A DNA stretch of 64,000 nucleotides from Paramecium tetraurelia. Its lineage: Eukaryota. Location of the stretch: positions 62,001 through 126,000 of the forward strand of contig CT867985.1 in the NCBI GenBank assembly GCA_000165425.1. The letters are read 5' to 3'. The position numbers and the translations under genes are program-made. Of the stretch, positions 40,969 through 54,325 are shown in pieces. The notes under the pieces were generated by a model. It had not been told where the DNA came from. It worked only from the letters and a program-made list of their open reading frames with translations, and ran no database searches. Every line of letters begins with the position of its first letter. The first letter of the stretch is position 1.

Positions 40969-43900
40969 ATGTATAAAGAAGAAGCAATTCCATTAATCAC
41001 GTATGATCCTTAAAATAGAAGTAAGTAAATATTCAATAGATAGCTTACAATTTGGCAGAAGAGGCGGCAAAAATGATTAGATCTATAAATAATCCCATTG
41101 CAATTATCTCAGTGGCAGGTTTGTATAGAACAGGAAAATCCTATCTATTGAATAGAATAGTGCTCAACCGTAGCAATGGTTTCGGAGTTGGACCAACAGT
41201 AAATCCATGCACAAAAGGAATGTGGGTTTGGGGTACACCAATTACAGTGGGAAAGACTTCAATTTTGATAGTAGACTCAGAGGGTACAGGAGCTTTGAAT
41301 GACTCAGATGTCAATCACGACACAAGGATATTTGCTCTTGCTGTTTTATTAGCATCATCTTTTGTTTATAATTCAGTTGGAGCTATTGATGAAGGAGCAT
41401 TGGAATCATTGAGTTTTGTAGTCAATTTAACAAAATTCATCTAATTGAGATCAAATGAAGAGCCAGACTCTGAGGAGTATGGAGAGTTTATGCCTCAATT
41501 TTTTTGGGTGTTGAGAGATTTTTCATTGCAATTATTGGATAACAATGGAGACACTCTTACTAGTCATCAGTATTTAGAGAGATCCTTGTAGGAATAACCA
41601 GGATTCTGTGATAGAGTAGAGGAGAAGAACAGAATCAGAAGATTATTGAGAACTTTCTTTCCTGAAAGAGAATGTTTTACATTGGTTAGACCAGTGAATA
41701 ATGAGAGTCAATTACAATAGTTACAATATTAGGATCTCAAATAATTGAGACCAGAATTTTATGAGTAAGCAATATCTTTGAGAAAAATGCTGTTTTCTAA
41801 AGTGAAACCTAAGTAATTTAGAGGTAAAACACTCACAGGTGGAATGTATATCAATTTGATTAAGTAATAGTATCTATTAAATTTAGTTCTTATTTATAAG
41901 CTATGAATAGTGGATGTGTAGCCACAATTGAGAGTTCATGGACATATGTATTTAGAGAAGAATGCAGAAAATTATAAGCAGAAGCATTTGAAATATATGA
42001 AAAATAGATCAAAGAAACTCTGCTTTCCAAACTCCCAACTACTCTCGAAGATGTCAAGGCTTTGAATAAAATATGTAAGAGTAAGGCCATTGCACATATG
42101 GGGAATAATGCTGAGATAATTCCATATGTAAATGAGTTGAAACAAAAGATTAAAGGCAAATTTGAGAATCTCTTGGCTTTTAATGAAACTGAATCTATGG
42201 CATTATGTAAATAATATTTGGTTTAATAATTTGCTCCTATTGATTAAAAATTAAAAATGTCAGAGTACAAAACTTATAGTGAATTTGAAAAGGATTTGAA
42301 ATTATTCAATATCTTTTTAGATGAGCATGGACCTAAAGTGGTAAAGAGAAAGTAATTGTTTGTTGAGTTTATCCAAAAGATGACAACTGAAGGAGCTACA
42401 TTTTTTGTTTAAAACATCCAATAGGATTTTGAAGGTTATAAGAAGTTTTCAGAAGAATAAATCAATAAATTATAAAATGGATTGAACACCATCAAACTAG
42501 ATTCACAAAAATAAGTGGAACAATAAAATTAACAAATTAAATAATTAAATTAATAGAATACTGAAATTACTCAAAAATATAAAACTTAATGTGATGAATT
42601 AGAGAAGTTGAAATAAAAAAACACTTAATCTACTCAATAAATGAAGACACAATTTGAGAATGATTTCAATAAGTTGTAAACTAGTTTTGAAGAGTTAAAA
42701 TAGAAATGTTAGACAGCTGAAGAAGCATTAAAGAGTGCTGAGAGAGAATAATTTATATTGTAGAGTGAATCTAAGAAGAAGGAAGCTCTCTTGGAATAGA
42801 AGATATCACACTTATAGAAGTTGAATGATGAATTCAACAAAAAGGAGAAATAGTATGATTCATCTTTAATGACTTCTAAGAGTGAGTTCTCTGTTAAATT
42901 GAGAGAATTAACAGCATCTTATGAGTAAACCTTGAGTGAAGTAAGAGCATAGAACTTATAACTAAATGAAAAGTTGTAGGAGACTTCAGATTAATTAATG
43001 CAATTGGAAATCAAATATGAAAATTATTACTAAGTTCAAACTCACAAGGAGGAGAGTCAAAGCAATGCTATAAAGAAATTGATGTAATCATAATAAACCT
43101 TACAAGAACAAATCAATATAGAAATCACAAAGAACAAACAACTTCAAGATGATTTGCTATCGACTTAAATGCAAGTAGAATCTAATGAAGTTGGCGAACA
43201 ATACAAACAATAAGTTAAGTAGTTGGAAATCAAATTATAAGAACAAAAGTAAATATAATTAAAGAGTGATGCAATCTTGAATCAATAAATTTAATTCTTG
43301 TAGATGGAGTTAGAAGAGAAGAAAAATACTATTAATGATCTTAAAAAGTCACATGATTCAGCAATGTTGGCTTTGGAGTAATCATAAAATACCTAAAATC
43401 AATAATAGTTGAATAAATCTATCATTGATTTGAAGGAATAGCATATGATTGAAATTAGATAAGCAGAGCATACTTCATAATAGTTGAGAAAACAATTACA
43501 ACAATAGTTGGATTAGTTATAAGGAGAATTACAAGAAGCAGAAATGAGAGGGGATGTATTCTTATAAGAAAAGAACAAATTGTAAGAGGAATTAAGTGAA
43601 AGCTATTAGGTATAGGATGAATTGAAACAGAAGATTCAGTAATAATTGAAGGAGATGGAATCAAATAAGCATACTCAATTTAGAGAGAAAGAATTGAGAA
43701 TGAATTAAAGAATTAAATAATTAGAAGAGGAATTAAGCTAATGCAAATAATAACTCTAAAATACAGGTAATCTAGATAAGAATAGTATTGAGTAATAAGT
43801 AAATGAATTAAGAAATTATTACGAAATGGAGAAGGACGTTTTGGAGAGAAGAATTCATGAAGAAAGATAGAAGGCTGATTAGAAATATTAAATATTATTT

Positions 43901-45876
43901 GAAGAACAAGAGTAGAAGATGAGGGATGAACAATAATAATATGAAGAAGAGATAGAGACATTGAAAGATGAATTGAGAGATTTGGAAATCAATTTGACTA
44001 CTTAATAATAACAATATGATAATGAAATAGAATTAAAGAATAAACAACTTAATTCTATGGAGAATATCTTGAATGAGACTAAAGAATAATTAGTCTAATT
44101 ACAAAACACCTTCTAAACCTAGGTTGAATAAAGAATCAATAATCTTAATGTTACAATTCAATCATTGGAAAGTTAATTGACCAATTAATAATAGAATAAT
44201 CAACAATTAGTTAAGGAAAATCAATTAATGACCTAGAAATTAGAAAATTTGGATGTCAAACTCCAATAGAAATTAAGTGAATTCAAATAATTAAAAGAAG
44301 ACTAAGAAAAGGAGAAGACTCAATTATAAGAGTCATTGTAAGATTTGAGAAGAAAATACACAGCTACATGTGATGAATATTTAGAGAAGAAGATTAATTA
44401 TGAGAAGGCTATAGCATTAAGTGCTTAACAAAATGAATTCTTTGCTAAGAAGGTAGAAGAATTGGAGAGACAATTGGAGAGTTGCAATCTTAAATATGAA
44501 GAGAGAATCAAGATCTAGAAGTAGGAATGGACTTAAGAATTATCAGATAGATTATCAAAATTAAATGAAGAGAAATAATAGATCGAATCTAAAAGTACTT
44601 AACTTAAGAAACAATTAAGAGAAAAAGGAAACCTAGTTTTTGAAGGCACAATAAGATTTGGAGAAAGAAACTGCTTTGTCAACAGAAAAGATTGTATATT
44701 TAGAATAGAAATTAAGAGAACATGAATAACAAACATCTTCAGAGAATAGTAATGCTGCCATGCAATTGAAATAATTAAGAGAGTAATTTAGTCTACTAAA
44801 ATCTAAATCATCTTCAGATATTGAATAATTAAAATCATAATTGACTAATCTTGAATTTGAGAAGTAAGAATTATAGGCCAATTATGAGAAGGATAAGATT
44901 CTATGGGTAATATTATAATTTAATATTTTTAGTAAGGTAAAACATAATTCTTAGAATCATAAAGAGAATCATTGAAATAAGAATTAGCTGATGCTATGAG
45001 GAAGTTTGAAACAACAATTCAAACATTGTAAAGATAGAGAAGTCTGGAGAGAAATGATCATAATCAAGACATTACAGAAATGTTGAATTAGATTGAGAGA
45101 AAGTATTAAGATTAAGTGAAAGATATTTAACAATAACATCAAAAGAAATGTGATGATTATTAAGAAAGAATTGAGAGATTGGAAAAAGAACTTAAGTAAT
45201 CATAAAGTAAAGAATTGTTGGATTAATAATCAAAGATTGGATAACAATTTGAGAGAAAGACAGCAGAATTGTTGGAGAATGAAAAGAGACTATTAAGTAC
45301 AATTGAAGAATTGAAATAGGAAAGAGATCAACGAATACTTGAACATCATGAAGAAGTGGAATAAGAGAAGGAGTATTGGAGAAATAAAATCAATGAATTA
45401 GAAGAAAGATAGAGAGAATCAGATAAAAAATAATCATAACTTATCTTTTATCATGAAAAGGAAAGAGCTAAATGGAGTTAAGAGAAGGATTACATTATGT
45501 AATAAAAGATGGAATTGTAAGATTAATTATCCAGATTGGAGAAAAAGAAAGAATTATTACTCAAAGAAAATGAGAAAATGAAGAATTCTTCAAAGAGTCT
45601 CAGAAAATATAATCCAAATCAAACTCTTAATAATAGTTATTTAAACAAATAAGCAAGTGATAAGAAGATACCTTCATAGGTAAATATTCATTCTAATAAA
45701 TATAGGAAGTAGTTAATATGAGTTATGATGTTACTAAATCATTGGAGGATAAGGATCCAAGTTAAAAGGAAAATCTATCCACATCAACCACCTTTGGTAG
45801 TTTCAAAAAATATTATTAAATGATGAACTCGAAACAAGTCAGTCCAAGTAAAACTAAAGAGATTTCAGATATTTGA
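40969..45876 (+). CDS. Guanylate-binding protein (GBP/atlastin family GTPase) with a very long coiled-coil tail
   Basis: ISVAGLYRTGKSYLLN, GFGVGPTVNPCTKGMWVW, VDSEG, HDTRIFALAVLLASSFVYNS, FFWVLRDF, followed by >1000 aa of heptads. Confidence 0.93.
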
Positions 45877-45904
45877 TAAAATTAATATATATAACACAAG
45901 AAAC

Positions 45905-47514
45905 TCAAATTTATGTAGACCATTATTATCTTAGTGAATTCTCATAAAGTGATCTTTTGTAATATATTATTAGCAAATCCTAAATCCACACAATATTGCT
46001 TTTGTCTATCAATAATGCACTAACCTAAGGCTGCATCATACAAATGAAATGATAAATTTATCAATCTATCTTGGAGAAAAGTCTTCCATTTACTTTGCCA
46101 AAGATTAGATTTCATCCTCTGAAAGATTGAAGTTGACCTAGAATCGTTTCGAAAATGCTTTGGCTGGATTTAAGATCAAGGAAAGCATGTTACTTTTTTA
46201 GAAAGTATCCTCAAACCCTTTCTTCAATAACTTAACTCTTTGTTCTTCATTCAAATAATCAAATTTAACAATTTAATCTATTCTATCCAAAATGGCTTCA
46301 TCCAATTTATTTGGTAAATTTGTTGCTAAGATTAAAGAATATTTCTTTGAAACTGCTGAAGTTTAAGCTAAAAATGTTGACAAGGCAGCAGATGTTTACT
46401 TTGAAGAACTTCTTTTATAGAAAATGGCCTCGGCTTCATCAATAAATATGAGTGTCCCTTTGGGTGTAGAATTACACCAAGAGAACAATTTATCGATCTC
46501 AGGAACTGCCTATTCTCCCAATTTTTCTATGTCTCCACCTGAAATTATAGCAAAGTGTAGTCCAGAGTTGTAGGCTAGCAATTTTGCAAATAAAGTCTTG
46601 CCTGTTCCTGGTTGACCATGAAATAATAGATTTCTCAAAGGAGTTGATTGACTCTATTTGGCAATAAATCCAGATGTAATCAATTAAAGTGTGTGTTCCA
46701 ATTCAGGGTTTAAGACTAGTTTATCAAATATACGTTTAGAACTAGGCATCATCCATTTTAAAGAGCGACGAGAAGTTTCTCTCACTAAATTAGGCTTTGT
46801 TAACATGGCTTCCAATCTCTTAAATCCAAGTCCTAAGCTGTACTTACTGAAGAAAAAGGCTCCACTGACAAATAACATAACTTTCGCTATTGTAAAGAGA
46901 CCTTAAGGATTCTATTGCAAATATTTGAATCCCTCTTAGAATTTAACAAAGTAAAGATTGTGTAATTCTATTTTAGCCTATTTCTCTATCTAAGCCTTCT
47001 TCTCCTATTCTTAAACAATTAAATCAAAGTTCTTTCTATAATTCTCAGCATTTAGTTTAGCTTATAAAGTGATTTTCCTTTCCTCTAATTCAAATTATTT
47101 CTTCATTTGCATTGTTAATGTTTCTCTCCTCATATTTTCTTATCTTCTAATTGATTCTTCAGCTTCTTCTCTCATTCTTTAGGCAGTCAATTCTTTGTCT
47201 TTTAATTTGTCTTTAGTTCTTTCTCTTTCCAATTTATCATTATAATCTGCTATTTATTGATTCACTTATTTTTGATGATCCATATTTCTTCTTCTCTCTT
47301 CCCCTTCAACTTTTACTTTTGATACTTCGTGTTATTTTTGCAATGCTTGTTTATCTGCTTTTTTGGCCTCTTCTGTCTTAATCATAGCATCAAGGGCTTT
47401 AGCAGCATGTGGAGACTTATTTAGTTCGCGTAAAGCCTATTTTAATAGTTTAATAAGAAATACTTAAGCTGCTCTTTCTAAAGCTGTTGGATCAAAGACT
47501 CCTTAATTCTTCAT
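45905..47514 (-). CDS. ATAD3: ATPase family AAA domain-containing protein 3
   Basis: [86 protein letters not shown]. Confidence 0.93.
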
Positions 47515-47532
47515 AATTAAATTTAATTATTA
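47515..47532. promoter_or_regulatory. Putative minimal bidirectional promoter region between ATAD3 and ARV1
   Basis: Only 18 pure A/T bases separate the two divergent ATGs. Confidence 0.5.
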
Positions 47533-48184
47533 ATGAATTGTGTAAATTGCAATACAAAAGTGGAAAATCCTGATCCGATGACCCAATGTCCTCATTGTAA
47601 TCACGAAAACTAAGATTGGTATTTTGGTTGTGAAAACAATATACTATTGGTTGACATGATTCTATGTAAAGTGAGTGCTTATCGACATTTGCTAATTAAT
47701 AGTTAAGTAATGGATATATTTAAATTTGAAGTATACTCTAATACCAGCCTCCTTTATATTATTCATTACTTATATACTATTGGAATTGTTTTACAAATAT
47801 TAATCAAACATATTGCATAAATAAGAATAGGAATTGAATTTTGAAGATGTTCAGAAATAAACAATAGATATTACACTAACATTGTTATCATAAATTGTTA
47901 CAATATACATTATATCATTGATAATATTTAGAAAATTACAACATTAATAAATGATTATTGGTTTGATTTTATCATAATTTGGAAGATTAGCAATTATCAT
48001 GTTTGTCATTTGGGGTCATTAACCATTTTATAAATAGATGGCTTCCTTATCAATCATAATGAGTGAATGGACAACTATTAGATCGTTGTGTGAATACAAG
48101 AATGAGTGGTTAAAAAGTGGAATCGTAATAATTTTAACTGTACTTCTAAGATATTTTGTGAATAATAGTATAACAATATTATGA
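47533..48184 (+). CDS. ARV1: Arv1-family ER membrane protein
   Basis: Zn motif CVNC...CPHC, then LVDMILCKVSAYRHLLIN (Arv1 homology domain) and several TM segments, after one 25-nt intron. Confidence 0.8.
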
Positions 48185-48671
48185 TTTCTGTATTAATGTC
48201 TTTTAGAATTACATGTATTATTCTATTAAATATAGAAAATCAGTTAGTAATCATCTAATTTTGATTATCAATTTTGGATTAATTCTTCTTTTATCTAATT
48301 TATAATTATATATTTATATATTATTTTAAAGCTAATTGAGTGATTTAATTATTGTTAAATGTTATTTATATTAGCATTTATAAAGATGATTCAACAGATT
48401 TAAAATATTCATAAATATGATCTCATTTATCTTTTATTTTTACAATTTAATTATTTGTATTTATAACAAAATTCAATTCTTATTGTAGATAAGATATCAT
48501 TTTTTTTGCTATTATCATTAAAATAAGATTTTTTATTTAATACTATATTTTATATTTAATTCCATTTAATGTTTAACTAATTAATTATATTAATTGTTTA
48601 AAACAATGAAAATTCTGAATAAGTAATTAAATATTGATAATATTGATAAAACTTAATCGAATAATATTTCT

Positions 48672-50402
48672 TCATACTAATTTTTTTACCATATAGACTC
48701 CTTCAGAATGATATCCTAATTTACGATAATAATGTCTAGTTCCGATTCCAGCAATGACTGCCATTTTAGTACTTCCATGTTCTTCTCTTGCAATTTTCTC
48801 TGCTTCTTCCATAAGCAATGTACCATATCCTTGATGTTAGAATTTAGAAGGATCTCTTGAATGAATAGGGACCACTGAACCATAGACATGCAATTCTCTA
48901 ACCATGGAAGTTGGTTCCTGAGTTAATTCTTTTCTGAAAGTGTGTTTATCCAATCTTCTGAGTCTCAACAACCCTATTAAAATATCTTAAGAAGGATCTT
49001 CGTAAGATAAGAATGTTTCCCATCCATCATTAGCAGTATAGTCTCTTCTAATTAATTCAACCTATTCTGGTTTAATTTTGTGATGAACTTCTTTGATTCC
49101 AACTTCCCTTGTTCTAACATCTCTACAGGCAACATTTAAGTCTCTCATCCTTTGTAATGATAACTCTCTTAAATTGCCATTGTCTACTCCTGATGTCACT
49201 AAAGGCATCGGAATATCTCTCTATATTCTATAGACTCTAGTCCAAGGTGGTACCAATGCCAATATTTTAGCGACAACATCAACTAAGAAATCAGGAGGAT
49301 AGTTTCTGTATTATCCATTTTTCCATAATTCATACAATCCAGTACCTCTAATAACAAGAGTTGGATAAATCTAATTTACAATTCAAATATACTTTTAATC
49401 CATCAGGTCTGAAATCAGGATTTTCAAAGAACTCTTTAAAACTCTCTAAATCTCTTTCTACTCCCATATTAGGTAAATCAGGCATCATATGTGTAACCAC
49501 TTTGTATCCACTATCTTTACTCATTGCAAAACATTTCTTTACAGATTCAACTGTATGTCCTCTATTAGTATCTCTTGCAACTGAAATATTAGATTAGAAT
49601 ATATACTATCTTCATAAATTGATTGAACACCAACTTCAATACGAGTACATCCATATAATAACATATCACTCAAATGACTTTTCTAACAAAAATCAGGTCG
49701 TGTTTCTATGGTTATACCTATACACTTAGATCTACTCTCCTCAGAGAATTGGACTGATTCTTTGACTGTTTATGAACGATGGCCACTTAATGCATCATGC
49801 AAATTTCTAATAAAATAATCTCTGTATTCTTAATCCAAGGACATGAATGTTCCACCCATTATAATGTATTCCACCTTGTCACAATCATGACCCAATTATT
49901 TTAATTAAGCTATTCTATCTCTTGCTTGAATATATGGATTATATCTTGCTCTAATTGCTCTCATACTTGTAGGTTCATATCCTGTATAACTTTAAGTAGA
50001 ATATTCAAAATCACTGTCAGGTCCCTAAAATCATTACATAAATGCTCATACTCCTGGACAATAAATGCAAATGTTTCCTGTAACAGCTATATGTGGACAT
50101 CTATGAGGTTTGGCCATAACAGCAACCACTGCTATACCAGATGCTGTTCTCACTGGTTTTGCCTTCAAAATTGGTATCAATTTATCCTTATAGTCATCTG
50201 GAATGGCTGATAAGATTTCAACTATCTTAGGTGCTCCTGAGATCTTATTCTTTTTTGAAAACTCTGCTTTTATTTGTGATAAATTAATTTTCTAATTGCT
50301 ATCATACTATTTAATCAATTCGGCAACTATTTCTGAAATGCATTTCAATTTGTCCACTGTGGAATCTTATTATTTTTTTCCCTTCTTCTCTTTCTACTCC
50401 AT
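48672..50402 (-). CDS. ELP3: Elongator complex protein 3 (radical SAM plus GNAT)
   Basis: [110 protein letters not shown]. Confidence 0.97.
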
Positions 50403-52666
50403 TATAATATTAAAAAAGAATTATATTTATTATTGAAATTATCAAAATTAATTAATGATAATAATTAATGTGAGTATCTTTAAATATGTTGTTCTTCGTC
50501 TCTTTTCATACAAACTCATCCAATTTCCCATTGATAATCCAAACTTCCAAGTTAATCCTACTACATAAGTTATATCATGTCAATCTCATTATTATCCAAT
50601 TTCCATCTCTATTTCCTATTCTCGTAAATCTCATTATTTTTATCTGTTTTATTGTCGCATCTCCTAGAAATTCCTATACTGATTGATATTTGATTATAAT
50701 CTTCGAATTGCGTATATTCGCTTTGGTCTGGATTGAAATTTCTTTTTTTAATCTGACCATTGTTTAAAACATTAAAACATTAAATTTCCGTCTTTTTACA
50801 TTCTCCTTTATTTCTTGGACAATAAAATTGACTTGTATCATTTATACAAAAAGTTGAGTCAACAATATCATTTATTTTATAATGACATCATTTCAATTGT
50901 TCTCCATGGTCAAATCCTAAAATATTATAGAAATGGGACACATGATGAACAGTATATATTTAAAAACAGAAATCAGTCTACAAATAAGTCAAAATGGCAT
51001 GTATAATTATAAATTTAGTAAAGTATTCAGAAATCTCATTCAAAATTTTGTTGGACTTTCAGCAAACTTTTTAGTCAAATAGGAATTCCAAGAATAAAGC
51101 TTCTCAGTTAATTCCAGAACCTAAGGTTTTTTTCGTATTCTTTATGAATATTAGAATGAGTAGGCTCTCTATGAATTCTTTGTTGTTAATGGAGATGTAA
51201 CAATAGTCTTAATCTCAGTGTCCTCTTCTTCAGGCACTGGAGATATATCTCCAAAACTTTGTAGTGTTGACAATTACGATTGCTCCTATTTCTACATATC
51301 AATCTATAATTAATAAAAAATATAATAATATTAATGATATATTAAATCTTGATTCGATTAATAATACCATTTACCGACAAAAAACCTATGCAAGAAAAAG
51401 AATCTATTTATTTTAATTATATCCTAAACAGTTCAGTTAATATAATAAATTCTCTCCTCTGTTTTAAGATTCTCTATTCAATGGTACTAATTCTATCAAC
51501 AAACAAATTCATCATAACCCATAACTGTGTAAGACAAAATTCAAATACTAATACTAATTGTTTAATAAAAAATCAAAAATTTATTTAATCAAATTTATTT
51601 TATATTCTGCTAATACCTTTGAGAATCATTATCTAATAATTCATTTTTTAAATTGAAATCATTATTATTTATTTTGATTTTTTCAATATCACCGAAACAT
51701 TTTTTCGCATCTATATTGAATCTCAAAATGTCAATTTGCTACATGCTTCATTTTCTTAACTTACTTACTTATGTATTTTTATAAAGAATTTATAATATAT
51801 ATATATATGTTATTATTAAATTATTGATTTAGATAATAAATTTGAAGCATGATAGTATTTTATCAAAATTTATTTCTCAACCATTCTAACCAGGATGTTA
51901 TTAATAGGATATATAATTCAAATGAATTTAAGCTATAAATATCATTCCCATTATTTGTTATATGTATTACAAAAATTAAAAATCCTTTATTAATTATGTA
52001 ATTCTATGTAATAAAGTTGATACCTTCTTTTGTTGAGATTTATTATCTTAAGTTTATAATATCTGCAATATTAAGACTTGTTGATTAAGTATGATTGCAA
52101 TTGAAAATTCGGATAAAAAGATTTATTCTTATTATCAATATCAAATTTGATAATAAGAATGAATAAATTTATATAACAAAGGTATTTTCCATATTATCAA
52201 TTTTATATTTTCAAGTTGCTTCATTCTAGATAGTGTCCATCCATAAAGTATTAAGAAATGAAGTTTTTCGATTATGAAAGAAATTAGTATTTTTGAAAAA
52301 TAGATGCCAATTAAAATGAAAAATCAATTAGATAGTATATGAAAAACGGCTTATATGAAGAATTCCTTCAAATTTTCGAGGGAAAAAAATAATTTTAAGC
52401 TTGAACATTTATTTTCAGTTTACCTGAATAATCCTTGGACGAACTCAAATTTAAGAGTATTTAAATCTTCATAACAGAATAGTTCTAGCGAATAGAGGAA
52501 AAACTTTGAAGGTCCATTGTAAACATAGCAATAGGGAAATGGTCTAGTTCACTTTAAATTAGTTTTCCCAAGAAAATGTAGCAATAAAATTAGAAGACAA
52601 GTAATATAAATGGAAATTTGTCTCAGGTAAATAAAATTAATAGCGATAGTTATTAATTAATTATTA

Positions 52667-53583
52667 ATGAGTAATTTTAAAAGAAATGATAATTTTCTAA
52701 AAAGGAAAATCCTTACAAAGCCTATTTTGGACATCCAGAATTAGATGTTTTGTTGGGTAATATCTTTAAAAGGGTAGATCATTTTTATTGAGTAAGACAC
52801 ATCAACCACCATTTATAAATAATTCTTGAGATATTGTATTGGTTATTCATTTCACAAAAATCATATTTCAATTATTTTTGATCAGTTTTGTGAACAATGG
52901 TCTAAAATCGTTCCTAAAAAATAAATTGAAAGCTTATAACATTAAGAATAAAAAGAATTACAACATAAGATTGCTTGCCAATACAATTAAATGTAATAGT
53001 AATTCACCATTAAGAATATTGATTCCTCTATATTTTATTTGGATTTATCTAAATCAGAAACTGAATAGGCTGTTGAAAATTACTGAAAACTAAATAATTA
53101 TGATGAAATAAATAACTTATAATAATTCTTACAAATTATTACTAAAAAATACTAAAAATTATTAAAGACAAGCACTGATACAACAATTAAAAAATTAATT
53201 ATTCATGATTTTTGGGATAAGATACCGTATAATCAATAAGAACTCTATCAATTTTTGTATTCATTGAAAGTGTTAATACGATCATCGTATATCCTCTGTG
53301 TTCTAACTCTTCCTGAAAGAATAACAGATTTAATGTAGTTTTGTGATTTTTACATTACAATCACTTAACTTTTTGGAAACAAAGAATTTTCTGAATTTCA
53401 AGGAATGATCAAATTAGATAAAATTGTGTGGTGTGGTTCTCTAAAGTAAGTATAATTAGATAATGATAAATGGGGAATCAAAATTACATAAAAGTAATTG
53501 AAAATAGAATAATTATATGAGACAGCAATAGAGGTTGATTCAGAGGAGGAACAAAGAAGAAAAATAAAATTGACCAATTTTGA
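52667..53583 (+). pseudogene. ELP4: Elongator subunit ELP4 homolog with disabling lesions
   Basis: ELP4-like motifs FGHPELDVLLG (out of frame), IIFIEQDTSTTIYKQFLRY, HKIACQY (cf. KIAWRY), LDLSK, FLYSLKVLIRSS, FQGMIKLDK. In-frame TGA at 53084-53086 and apparent 1-nt indels in A-runs. Confidence 0.75.
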
Positions 53584-53869
53584 TGTTTAATTAAATAATT
53601 AAGATAAATATTTTTATGATAATGAATCATATTTAATCTAGATAATAATTAAAATCATCAGATATAAATTAATCATTATTTTAAAGCCTTTGAATAATTA
53701 TAGAATAATTTGATAAATTTAAAATTTATTATAATGGTGTTATTCCTTATATAATATTAATTTGTAAGAATATCTCATACTTGATTACCAATAATAATCA
53801 TTAGACCAATTACTAACTTTTATTATTCAATCTATTTTATTATATTTTAATAATTTTAATAATACATTA

Positions 53870-54157
53870 ATGGATAAATCGGTTAAAATTAATGAAAAGG
53901 GAATGGGAATTACGGATTAAATTTAGAATGAAATAGTCACAATTGTTAAAAATGCAATCTAAGTGCATAAACAATATTTGGGTGAGGTCTGCAACTAAAT
54001 TGCAAATGTATTGTGTCAAAAATATGGAGGCTGGTGGTGTTGCTTTGTAACAGACAAGGATGCCAATTATGGATCGAGATTATTTAACTTTGATCATATG
54101 TACCTAGATGCAACGATTGAATAGAGGAGATTCACAATTTTTAAATCAGCAAAATGA
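53870..54157 (+). CDS. Dynein light chain type 1 (LC8-like, divergent)
   Basis: 95 aa: QIANVLCQKYGGWWCCFV...NYGS......YL......FTIFKS matches the LC8 pattern. Confidence 0.75.
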
Positions 54158-54325
54158 TTATTACAATTATAACCAAATCAACTTATTAATTGTAATTATA
54201 AATTGATGTGGTCAAGAGGTCAAATGTGTTAGAATTAGGTTATTTCATTAAGTAATCAAATTCAATTGGGCGTCAACATTTCTTTTAGTGGCAATTATAT
54301 ATTCTTATAAAATATACTTATTTAA

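Noticed and set aside
43455..44881. Hydrophobic minus-strand ORFs in the track that look like membrane proteins
   Set aside because: Antisense of the E/K/Q-rich GBP coiled coil.
53084..53086. In-frame TGA in ELP4 as selenocysteine or readthrough
   Set aside because: Frameshifts accompany it, no SECIS is evident, and ELP4 is not a known selenoprotein.
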